Part shown: in pieces, positions 38,024 to 46,723 of the stretch
Layout of the letters: each line of letters starts with the position of its first letter
How positions within the stretch are numbered: position 1 is the first letter of the stretch
IMG/VR virus record: IMGVR_UViG_3300015242_000025
Location: 3,476-67,475 of that record
Strand: one strand, 5' to 3'
Source of the DNA: a virus
Length of the DNA: 64,000 nt
The notes under the pieces: generated by a model
Database searches by the model: none
Told to the model about the DNA's origin: nothing
What the model saw: only the letters and a program-made list of their open reading frames with translations
Translations under genes and position numbers: made by a program

Positions 38024-38921
38024 ATATGGAAAGCGTTCACCAAAAAATGCACCGGCAATCTCTTTAAGTTCTATCATATCTACTATTGTTATTCCAACAC
38101 AGGAGGATTATTTATCTCAACTTTCTGGAAGTTGGGATATGTTGGGGAATGATCAATACGGAGATTGCGTAGCTGTGACATGGGCAAATGTTCGACGCTT
38201 CATGGTCGGTGGTCAAAGTTATCCTTCTTTAGACGATGTTATTAAACTATATAAAACACAAAATCCAAATTTCCCAAGCGATGATAATGGAATGGATATT
38301 CAAACTTGCTTAGAATATCTTATTCACAACGGCGGTCCAGACGGAATTTTTCCAGTAGCTTTTGCTAAAGTTAATCATGCTGACCTACAGGAAGTTCAGC
38401 AAGCATTAGCTATCTTTGGTTATATTTGGACAGGAATTAATGTATTAGCTGTTAATGAAACTGAATTTGATCAAGGACAACCTTGGAATTATGTTAACAA
38501 TTCACCAAGTGTTGGCGGTCACTCTGTCATCAGCGGTGGGTATGATTCTGGTTATGTTGATTTTATTACGTGGGCACAAGAAACAAAGTTTACTGATGAT
38601 TATTGGAAATATGAAGTAGATGAAGCATGGGTAGTTATTTGGCCAGAACATTTTTCACATGCTCCGTTTTTAAATGGTGTAGATCAAGCTGCATTAGCGG
38701 ATTATTATCAGCACTTAACTGGTAATCCACTTCCGTTACCAAATCCAACTCCTACGCCAATTCCTGTACCAACTCCAGGCGCCGCCCCCTTTCTGGGCTG
38801 TGATCCGTATGTGGCTGCACAAATTGAAAGAGTGGCTAATAAACACAATGTCACTACGTCATCATGGATGAACAAACACTTCACTACCTATTTTCGTGAT
38901 AGCGCAGGATGGAAGAATTAA
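38013..38921 (+). CDS. papain-like (C1-type) cysteine peptidase
   Basis: MLGNDQYGDCV, D.G, GGHSV..GYD, ITW, VDEAW; PT-rich linker. Confidence 0.78.
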   Translation: MEFKYGKRSPKNAPAISLSSIISTIVIPTQEDYLSQLSGSWDMLGNDQYGDCVAVTWANVRRFMVGGQSYPSLDDVIKLYKTQNPNFPSDDNGMDIQTCLEYLIHNGGPDGIFPVAFAKVNHADLQEVQQALAIFGYIWTGINVLAVNETEFDQGQPWNYVNNSPSVGGHSVISGGYDSGYVDFITWAQETKFTDDYWKYEVDEAWVVIWPEHFSHAPFLNGVDQAALADYYQHLTGNPLPLPNPTPTPIPVPTPGAAPFLGCDPYVAAQIERVANKHNVTTSSWMNKHFTTYFRDSAGWKN

Positions 38922-39578
38922 ATGTTTAAAGGAATAGATTGTACTGTTGTAATACCAACTATTGAAGGACGCGAGGAATTGTGTACTCGCGCTATTAAAT
39001 CTGTGAATAGTCAAACTATTTTCCCTAAAGATGTTATTGTTATTCCAGACCATGAACGTAAAGGCGCAGCTTTTGCACGTAATTTAGGTCTGTCCAAAGT
39101 AGATACTGCTCTGACTCTTTGGTTAGATGATGATGATGAGTTTTTACCTAATCATGTGAAGATTCTTTTAAAAGCAATTAATCGCACCGGTGCTGATTTA
39201 GTTTTCTCTTACCCTGAAATTGTCGGTGGACGTGATCCACTTGCATGCCTCAACAACCAGGGTGAATTAATTAAAGAACCTATTAACATTCCTTTCGGTG
39301 CAATGCAAGAAATGAGTTTACGTAGGCTTGGCGGATTCATTCCTGTAACTTATATGATAAAAACTGAAATAGCTAAAAAAGTCGGTGGAATGCCTGAACC
39401 ATATTCTTTTCATACTACGCATTCTAATGATTGTGAAGATTATCTTTTTCTAATTAAGTTGCTTGATGCTGGAGCTAAATTCTATCATGTTTGCGGTGTT
39501 CGTACTTGGAAGTATAATTTACATGATGGTAATCTAGGTGGCCGTGGTCTAAATAGAATGAATGAAATGGGTAAATAA
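38922..39578 (+). CDS. glycosyltransferase family 2
   Basis: TVVIPTI..R, GAA.ARN.GL, WLDDDDE, KVGG, CEDY. Confidence 0.9.
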   Translation: MFKGIDCTVVIPTIEGREELCTRAIKSVNSQTIFPKDVIVIPDHERKGAAFARNLGLSKVDTALTLWLDDDDEFLPNHVKILLKAINRTGADLVFSYPEIVGGRDPLACLNNQGELIKEPINIPFGAMQEMSLRRLGGFIPVTYMIKTEIAKKVGGMPEPYSFHTTHSNDCEDYLFLIKLLDAGAKFYHVCGVRTWKYNLHDGNLGGRGLNRMNEMGK

Positions 39579-40147
39579 TGAGAAGCACTGTGTGTGCTGT
39601 CATTCCAACAATACCACCGCGTTCTTCTACATTACTTTTATCTGCATTAAAAAGTGTTAGTATACAAGAACGTCCAGTAGATCAAATTTCTATTGCAATA
39701 GACAATTGGCATGATGGTGCATGGAAAACGAGACAACGTGCTGTCGATGCTGCACAAACAGATTGGATTGCATTTCTTGATGATGATGATGAATGGTATC
39801 CGCAACACATAGATAGATTATTAAATCATGCAATTGAAACTGATGCAGATTATGTGTATTCATATTTCGATACTCAGCGAACAGCAGACGTATTAGGGAA
39901 TTTCAATAAAACGTTTGACCCTAAAGAGCCTACGCATACAACGATGACTGTCCTAGTGAGAACACAATTAGCACAGTCTGTACGGTTTACACCACGTGCT
40001 CCAGAGCATATTGCCGGGGGAGAAGATCACCGATTTATCGTAGGATGCGTTAAGATGCAGGCGAAAATAGTACATCTGCCAGAACAAACATGGTTCTGGA
40101 GAATCCATTCTGGTAATACTAGTGGCCGTGAAGATAGATGGAATTAA
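39578..40147 (+). CDS. glycosyltransferase family 2
   Basis: AVIPTIPPR, GAW.TR, WIAFLDDDDEW, GED. Confidence 0.9.
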   Translation: MRSTVCAVIPTIPPRSSTLLLSALKSVSIQERPVDQISIAIDNWHDGAWKTRQRAVDAAQTDWIAFLDDDDEWYPQHIDRLLNHAIETDADYVYSYFDTQRTADVLGNFNKTFDPKEPTHTTMTVLVRTQLAQSVRFTPRAPEHIAGGEDHRFIVGCVKMQAKIVHLPEQTWFWRIHSGNTSGREDRWN

Positions 40148-40157
40148 TTAATAATCC

Positions 40158-40604
40158 TTGAAAAGAGATATCGTGAATGATATTCTTAATCATGATAAAT
40201 TATATAATTTTTTTCCTGGATTAATAGTCTCTATTGCATTTTTGGGTTTTGGAATAACTATGATTCTTCAACCCCATAGATATAAAAATACACCAAGTTA
40301 TAAAAATTTAATTCAAATGGAAAGTCTCACTTTTTGGGGAATCTGTTATTTGGTAATAGGAATTGCCTGGATTATTTTTATGCTTTGGATAAGAAATGAT
40401 AAAGTTGGTCTTTTAGTTCACACCTTTGCTAGTATGATTACAGCTGTATGGGTTGTTATATTTATTGTTCGATGGATAACTGATTCTGGTACTACAATAG
40501 TTAATGTAATTAATTGGGGAGTTTTATTAACATTGACTATATGGTCTGGTGTATGGATAGATAATGTAGTTTCATTTAAACAATCCAAGCACTTGGTAAA
40601 GTAG
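40158..40604 (+). CDS. 4-TM membrane protein
   Basis: Four hydrophobic segments. Confidence 0.7.
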   Translation: MKRDIVNDILNHDKLYNFFPGLIVSIAFLGFGITMILQPHRYKNTPSYKNLIQMESLTFWGICYLVIGIAWIIFMLWIRNDKVGLLVHTFASMITAVWVVIFIVRWITDSGTTIVNVINWGVLLTLTIWSGVWIDNVVSFKQSKHLVK

Positions 40605-41012
40605 ATGAATCCAGAGTTAGTTTCTTCAGTTCTCGGTGGAATTGTTTCTCTTGTAGTGTTAGGACTTATTCCTATATATTTAATGAAACAAAAAAATATT
40701 AGAGAAGAACAAAGAAAAAAAGAAGAGCAATTAGAATTGGCTAGAATAAAAAACCAAACTACAAACACTCTATCATTAAATGATATTAACGTAGCTATTT
40801 CTCGAGAACGTGATGCAGCAATGGCTAGGTTAGATAGAGTAGAGATTGAACATAATAATCAAATAGAAAAACTAAAAGAACAAAATAACCAAGATGTTGA
40901 ACGATTAGAAGTAAAGTTATCTAAAGCAAATAGCAGAATAAAAGAATTAGAAAACCAAGTTGATCGTTTATCAATTCGATTAGGGAATACAGAGCGTCGA
41001 GATTTACCGTGA
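40605..41012 (+). CDS. TM + coiled-coil protein (lysis-module type)
   Basis: N-terminal TM, long heptad region. Confidence 0.65.
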   Translation: MNPELVSSVLGGIVSLVVLGLIPIYLMKQKNIREEQRKKEEQLELARIKNQTTNTLSLNDINVAISRERDAAMARLDRVEIEHNNQIEKLKEQNNQDVERLEVKLSKANSRIKELENQVDRLSIRLGNTERRDLP

Positions 41013-41329
41013 GTACCACTCACATTGCTGCAATAATCTTTCTTAGTGTCGCTTGTATAGGTGCATTAATTCAAGGTAGTTCTTTATATCGTTTAATTAA
41101 AATACCAAGTTCAAAAATTGCGTCAAATCTATACAGAACCATAGTGTGGCGTAGTTTGGCGGCTGTGCTATATTTAATCATTGGTGTTAATGCTACTTTT
41201 TATAGTTGGAACACAACAGCCGCATCATTGGTTGGTTTTGCTGCAACACAACTAATTTGGTCAGTGAATTCAATATTCGATGTAAGACTAAAACGAAAAA
41301 TGAATGGAGAAAGTCATGACTATTCCTAA
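41009..41329 (+). CDS. 3-TM membrane protein
   Basis: Hydrophobic segments. Confidence 0.65.
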   Translation: MSTTHIAAIIFLSVACIGALIQGSSLYRLIKIPSSKIASNLYRTIVWRSLAAVLYLIIGVNATFYSWNTTAASLVGFAATQLIWSVNSIFDVRLKRKMNGESHDYS

Positions 41330-41561
41330 ATTTTGGAAAGATCTTGTTGAACGTTCTTTGAAAACTGCAGGTCAAGTATTTATTGCTACTTCTGGTCTAG
41401 GTCAGGTCGGAGTTTTTCATTTAGCATGGTCACATATCGGTGAAGTAACATTGACTTCTTTTGTTTTATCTATTATTACTTCATTAATCTCTGCTGGTGT
41501 AAATCCAACCGCTAGTGCTTCACTTGTTGTTGATACCTGTGAAACTACTAAGAAGGTATAA
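41316..41561 (+). CDS. holin, r1t-like
   Basis: FWKDLVERSLKT.GQ...LS..TSL.S...SASLV. Confidence 0.8.
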   Translation: MTIPKFWKDLVERSLKTAGQVFIATSGLGQVGVFHLAWSHIGEVTLTSFVLSIITSLISAGVNPTASASLVVDTCETTKKV

Positions 41562-41894
41562 ATGCCTTTTTGGCTTTTATTTACTTTAATGTCATTTGCT
41601 AATTTTAGAATTACTAGACTTATTGTTAAAGACGATTTTCCACCAATACTCTGGGTAAGAAATAAAATTATTGATTTTCGTGCTGATCATATTGTTAAAG
41701 ACAGAGAAGATGGACAAAGTTATTTAGAGCATTGGTGGGGCGGCGCATTAGTGAGTTGTTGTTGGTGCAGCTCGGCGTATTCATCCGGTGCTATGGTAGC
41801 GATCATCTGGTTTCTTCACGGAATGCCATTACCAATAATGGTTTGGTTTGCTGTATGGGGAACATCAGCGTACTTAGTTAACAAATTTGGATAA
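41562..41894 (+). CDS. DUF1360 family membrane protein
   Basis: FRITRLIVKD.FPP, LVSCCWC.S. Confidence 0.8.
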   Translation: MPFWLLFTLMSFANFRITRLIVKDDFPPILWVRNKIIDFRADHIVKDREDGQSYLEHWWGGALVSCCWCSSAYSSGAMVAIIWFLHGMPLPIMVWFAVWGTSAYLVNKFG

Positions 41895-41914
41895 CTAACT
41901 TAAGCTGGTTTATT

Positions 41915-43804
41915 ATGGCGTTCTCTATCAAAAATCTGTGGAGAGCAGATTCTTCCACGCAATCATTTGCTGCATCTAATAAAAAAACTTTTGCTGCAGA
42001 TATTGTTATGGGTGATCCAAGTAAATCTTCTTCTACTCCAACTACACCTAATACGACATCAGTAACTGATAGAAAAATATATAGAACTCCTGATGAATGG
42101 CAACGTGAAGTTTGGGATTTTCTTGATAGTGTTGGTGAATTTCGTCAAGGTATTAACTGGAAAGCTAATATGCTTTCCCGTGTTAGATTGCGTGCTGCTA
42201 AAGTAATTCCTGGACAAGATGAACCAGAAATAGTTAACATCGGTCCAGCTAATGATTTAATTACAGAATTAGCCGGTGGTATCGGTGGACAATCAGAGTT
42301 ACTTTCTGCTTTTGTTACATACTTAGACGTACCCGGTGAGTGTTATCTTGTTGGTGAAACTGATCCAAACACTAAAACAAACAAATGGTATTTAAGATCT
42401 ATTGAAGAATTAATGCCAACAAAAACTAAAGGGGCAAACGGACAACCAGTAGATGGTTTTAAAATTTCAGAGGGTAATGGTAGATGGAGAGAATTACCTT
42501 TTGATTCTTTTGTTGTTCGTGTTTATCGTGCACATCGTCGTTGGCATAATGTTGCTGATTCTCCAGCAAAATCAGCGCGTACATTATTGCGAGAATTAGA
42601 ATTACTTAATCGTCATATTCAAGCACAATATCTTTCTCGCCTTGCATCATGCGGTATTGTTGTTTTTCCTGATGAAATTACATTTCCTATTAGAGCTGAA
42701 TTTCAGGATGCTGCTGATCCATTTATGGAAGAATGGATGGCAATTGCAACAGAATCAATTGCTACGCCTGGATCAGCTGCATCAATTGTTCCAATTCCTA
42801 TGCGTGTTCCAGCTGAGTATATTGATAAAGTTCAACACATTGATTTTACATTAAGACTTGATGACACACTTATCCAAAAACGCGATTCAGCATTAACACG
42901 TTTAGCTATTCAACTTGATATGCCTCCAGAAGCATTAATTGGTATCGGTGAAATTAATCATTGGAATGCATGGCTCATAGATGAACAAGGAGTAAAGATT
43001 CACGTTGCTCCTGAAGCGGAATTAATTTGTTCTGCTCTTACTGATGTTTATCTTGTACCGCGACTTAAATCAATGGGTGAAGATCCCACAGCATGGGTTG
43101 TTTGGTATGATGCATCTGAATTAATTCTTAGACCAGATCGTTCGAATGCAGCAAGTACAGTTTATGGTCAAATGGAATTAAGTGGCGCAGCATTACGTCG
43201 TGAAAATGGTTTTGATGAATCCGATAAACCATCTGAAAAAGAGCTTTCTCAAATTGGATTGAAAGCAATCATTAAACAAGCTCCAAATGCTTTTGCCGCA
43301 TTGTCTGAATTAACTGGGGTCACTGTAGAAACTATTTCTCCTGCACCAACAGGAAATGGAAATGAACCTGATGGAGATGAACCAGACGATAATGGAATGA
43401 CTACCGATAAAAAAGCTCCTGATGAGAGTGATAGTGAAAATCAACCTGTATCAACAAAAGCTGATGCGTCAGAATTAACTGAAGCATTAGTTTATCAATC
43501 TACTCTTATGCATGCAATGAAGATTGCATTTGATGGATCATATGGTGTTCTTCATCCATTTGATTGTAAGAAGCATTTATACTCATGTCCAGTTACCCAT
43601 GCAACATGGAATCACAAATTAAATGTTCGTCCTGGGATGAGCGGTATATATGAATTAAGATTAAATCATGTCGGTGATGTAATTATTGGCAGTCGAATTC
43701 CTCAACTTGATACGGCCAGGATGATTGAATCTAGCCGAGGTACTTCAAAGAATTCTAAGGAATTAGTAAAAACTGAAACTGGTGAATTAAATGGTAACTA
43801 TTAA
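41915..43804 (+). CDS. portal protein
   Basis: WQREVW...VGEFR....W.AN..SRVRL, VPGE.YL, DSP, RLA..LDMPPE.L.G, NHW.AW; position. Confidence 0.88.
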   Translation: MAFSIKNLWRADSSTQSFAASNKKTFAADIVMGDPSKSSSTPTTPNTTSVTDRKIYRTPDEWQREVWDFLDSVGEFRQGINWKANMLSRVRLRAAKVIPGQDEPEIVNIGPANDLITELAGGIGGQSELLSAFVTYLDVPGECYLVGETDPNTKTNKWYLRSIEELMPTKTKGANGQPVDGFKISEGNGRWRELPFDSFVVRVYRAHRRWHNVADSPAKSARTLLRELELLNRHIQAQYLSRLASCGIVVFPDEITFPIRAEFQDAADPFMEEWMAIATESIATPGSAASIVPIPMRVPAEYIDKVQHIDFTLRLDDTLIQKRDSALTRLAIQLDMPPEALIGIGEINHWNAWLIDEQGVKIHVAPEAELICSALTDVYLVPRLKSMGEDPTAWVVWYDASELILRPDRSNAASTVYGQMELSGAALRRENGFDESDKPSEKELSQIGLKAIIKQAPNAFAALSELTGVTVETISPAPTGNGNEPDGDEPDDNGMTTDKKAPDESDSENQPVSTKADASELTEALVYQSTLMHAMKIAFDGSYGVLHPFDCKKHLYSCPVTHATWNHKLNVRPGMSGIYELRLNHVGDVIIGSRIPQLDTARMIESSRGTSKNSKELVKTETGELNGNY

Positions 43805-44588
43805 ATCTGTTGGTCTTGAATTAATTCATAACGAAGGACAGCATTTTGAAAAGTTAATGGTTTCCGCTATTGGAAAAACAATGCGTAAAATTGCAGCATC
43901 ATTGAATGATACCGCTGCATTGATTACCGTTGACGATCTTGCTATGATCACTTCACTTTGGACAGGTCAAGTTGATTCTAATTTATTAGATAAAATTGGT
44001 AAAGCATTTATTGATTCTGCTTATACAACTAGAAATGATTTACAATCACATTTAAATCAAATAAAAAATAAAGGAACCACAGCAGCGGCTGTTAAAGCTA
44101 CTAATTCTGCATATCAAATACCTAAAATATCTAATCATCATGCACAAAATTTAATGGAAACCGCCCGTAATAGAATGGTTAATGTTGGTAATGATGTGTG
44201 GGAAGTTGCTAGAAATTCTTTGGTAGATGGATTAAAGGCTGGCGAAGGAGTAGATAAATTACGTGACAGAATTGTAGCCTCCACAAACATTGCTGCACCA
44301 CGTGCTGGTGTTGTTGCTCGTACTGAAATTTCACATGCTATGAACCAAGGAACATTACAACAAATGAAAGCAATTAATGTCCCAACAATGATGAAAGAAT
44401 GGATTGCAACAAATGATGATAGAACGCGCCCAGAGCATGCGGAAGTTAATGGTGAAAAAATAGGAATTAGTGATGCATTCTCTATTGGAGAAGAACCAGG
44501 AGATGCAGTCAATTGTCGTTGCACATTAGGTTTTGATATTCCAGATGATGACTTTGATAATGCTTTTCCTGCTGATGATTCAAAATAA
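43791..44588 (+). CDS. MuF-like minor head protein
   Basis: RA.VVARTE, KEWIAT.DDRTRPEH, NCRC. Confidence 0.88.
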   Translation: MVTIKSVGLELIHNEGQHFEKLMVSAIGKTMRKIAASLNDTAALITVDDLAMITSLWTGQVDSNLLDKIGKAFIDSAYTTRNDLQSHLNQIKNKGTTAAAVKATNSAYQIPKISNHHAQNLMETARNRMVNVGNDVWEVARNSLVDGLKAGEGVDKLRDRIVASTNIAAPRAGVVARTEISHAMNQGTLQQMKAINVPTMMKEWIATNDDRTRPEHAEVNGEKIGISDAFSIGEEPGDAVNCRCTLGFDIPDDDFDNAFPADDSK

Positions 44589-44645
44589 ACTGGGACATAT
44601 TTGTATATAACACTCAGATTATAAAGTATCATTCATAAATTTACT

Positions 44646-44688
44646 AACCCGCTTACAAACAACTCGTTTGTAGGCGGGTTTCTTTGTT
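44646..44688 (+). terminator. intrinsic terminator
   Basis: AACCCGCTTACAAAC-AACTC-GTTTGTAGGCGGGTT followed by TCTTTGTT. Confidence 0.75.
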
Positions 44689-44769
44689 GACATCGCTAGC
44701 CGGCTGCATTACTGCAATCTATGATCATGGCAAGTCGGACATCATTCGCCAAAAGGATAATTAATTCTA

Positions 44770-46596
44770 ATGACGGTTGACGTTGCAGAATTAGATATTG
44801 AACTCGGAGGAAAACCGAGTAAACAAACTCCGGCTGATCAACGATTAAAAAAGAACAAAATGAAAAATAAAAGAACGCCTAATTCGGAGGCAGATGTGAC
44901 AGCTATAGATGATGAAGAAATCATTGATGCTGAGATTGTCTCTGAAACTTTTGCTACCGGAAATGATTCTACTGACATCCCCATGTGGCAAGGAATTTTA
45001 GTTCCTGAAGGTGTTGCTACTGGAGATGGTAGAGAATTTTCTGAAGATTCCATTAAATGGGCTGACACTCCTATGCCTTTACGTTGGCAAAAGGAAACAG
45101 CACACGGCGGAATGAATGATGTAACTGTTAATGTTGGTTCCATTACTAAAGTATGGCGTGATGGAAACAATATTATGGGGTCCGGTAATTTTGATTTAGG
45201 TGGACCTGACGATGATGATGCACATGAAATCTTTCGGCGGATGTCAGCGCAAGACACATCAGCGGGTGGAATTTCTATTGATGCTGATGACATTACAGAT
45301 GCAGATATTGAATATGTATTTCCTAAACCTGATGACTCAAAAGAATCTGATGAAGATGATGAAGACGACTGGCTAATGATGCTTTTTGCAATGCCAGAAA
45401 AAATAATCTTTCATTCTGCAAGAATTCGTGCCGCTACTATGGTTGATATTCCTGCATTTACTCAAGCTAAAATTTCTCTTTTATCTGATGATGATAAAAA
45501 AAGTTATTCTACTTTATCATTAGTTAAAACTGAAACATTTGGGCCAGTTGCTACTCATTCCACTGCAACATCTGATGGATCGTGGGATGGCCCGGCTAAT
45601 GAAAAAAATTTACCAGCACCGATGAAATTGTCGATTGCTAAAGATGCTTATGCATGGTTTGATGATTCAGCTGTAACTGATGGAGAAATTCCTAAATCAG
45701 GTTGTAAATTTATTCATCATGAAATCAGTTCAGATGGAACTCCCGGCGCTGCAAATCTTACTGCATGTTCAACTGGAATTGGTGTATTACATGGCGGTCG
45801 CGGTGGAACAACAATTCCTGATGGAGATAAGCGCGGAGTATATGACCATTTAGCAAAGCATCTCCGGGATGGTGGACAAGAACCTCCACCATTTACCATT
45901 GAAGATTCTTTAGTTGCACATGCTTGGCACGATGTCTATAAACCACCTGCCGAATGGTTTTCTAATCCAGGTCTCGGACAGGTTATGCCTATTGTTGTTA
46001 CCGATAATGGTCGAGTTTATGGACATGCTGCACAGTGGGGCGATTGTCATTTAGGTTATATGAATGAATGTGTTATGCCTCCGCATGAAGATTTTCATTC
46101 TCACTTTCTTACTGGTGAATTAATCTGTGAAGATAATTCACACATTGCAGTTGGCCAAATTACTGCAGGAATTAAGCATGCATCATTATCTATGAATGCA
46201 GCTAAAGCTAGTGAACATTATGAAGATACTAATGCTGTTGTCTGTGATGTTATTACTGGAAACGATAAATACGGAATTTGGGTAGCGGGAGCAATTAGAC
46301 CCACCGCTGATGCGGCGCGAGTTCAAGCCTTGCGTGCCTCCGGACAAGTGTCGCCAGATTGGCGTCGCATTGGCGGTGCATTAAGAATGGTTGCATTGTT
46401 AACCGTGAATGTTTCCGGTTATCAAGTACCTAAAGCACGTTCCTTTGTGGCATCAGGCAATATTCAAAGTCTTGTGTCATCGGGAATGGTAACCGTTAGG
46501 TCGCAGGGACCTACGGAAGATGAATTAAATAAGCGGGCCTTAAAAGTTCTTCGTGAGAATTTAACACGGAGAGTGCATCCGGAAAGGACTGATTAA
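44770..46596 (+). CDS. capsid maturation protease-like multidomain protein
   Basis: EG.ATGDGR.F, P.PLRWQ..T.HGG, ATMVDIPAF, GRVYGH.AQWG.CH, SPDWR; position before MCP. Confidence 0.75.
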   Translation: MTVDVAELDIELGGKPSKQTPADQRLKKNKMKNKRTPNSEADVTAIDDEEIIDAEIVSETFATGNDSTDIPMWQGILVPEGVATGDGREFSEDSIKWADTPMPLRWQKETAHGGMNDVTVNVGSITKVWRDGNNIMGSGNFDLGGPDDDDAHEIFRRMSAQDTSAGGISIDADDITDADIEYVFPKPDDSKESDEDDEDDWLMMLFAMPEKIIFHSARIRAATMVDIPAFTQAKISLLSDDDKKSYSTLSLVKTETFGPVATHSTATSDGSWDGPANEKNLPAPMKLSIAKDAYAWFDDSAVTDGEIPKSGCKFIHHEISSDGTPGAANLTACSTGIGVLHGGRGGTTIPDGDKRGVYDHLAKHLRDGGQEPPPFTIEDSLVAHAWHDVYKPPAEWFSNPGLGQVMPIVVTDNGRVYGHAAQWGDCHLGYMNECVMPPHEDFHSHFLTGELICEDNSHIAVGQITAGIKHASLSMNAAKASEHYEDTNAVVCDVITGNDKYGIWVAGAIRPTADAARVQALRASGQVSPDWRRIGGALRMVALLTVNVSGYQVPKARSFVASGNIQSLVSSGMVTVRSQGPTEDELNKRALKVLRENLTRRVHPERTD

Positions 46597-46597
46597 A

Positions 46598-46702
46598 ATG
46601 TGCGGTTGCTACAAACGAGTAGTTACTCCACCTGAAATTCCGGCGCCACAACCGGCGCCACAACCGGAGGAAAACAAAACTCCGGTAACGGCCGGTAAGT
46701 AA
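46598..46702 (+). CDS. small MCGC-start protein (34 aa)
   Basis: MCGCYKRVVTPPEIPAPQPAPQ...; AAGGA RBS; typical position between protease and MCP. Confidence 0.65.
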   Translation: MCGCYKRVVTPPEIPAPQPAPQPEENKTPVTAGK

Positions 46703-46723
46703 TATCTATTAAGGAGCTTTATC

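Noticed and set aside
34527-40147. DNA hypermodification as the role of the glycosyltransferases
   Set aside because: No base hydroxymethylase, TET/JBP or thymidylate-synthase homologue in the window and the genes are in the late operon; not excluded for the unseen genome
44687-44725. TTGACA promoter before the protease gene
   Set aside because: No convincing -10 at 16-18 nt spacing
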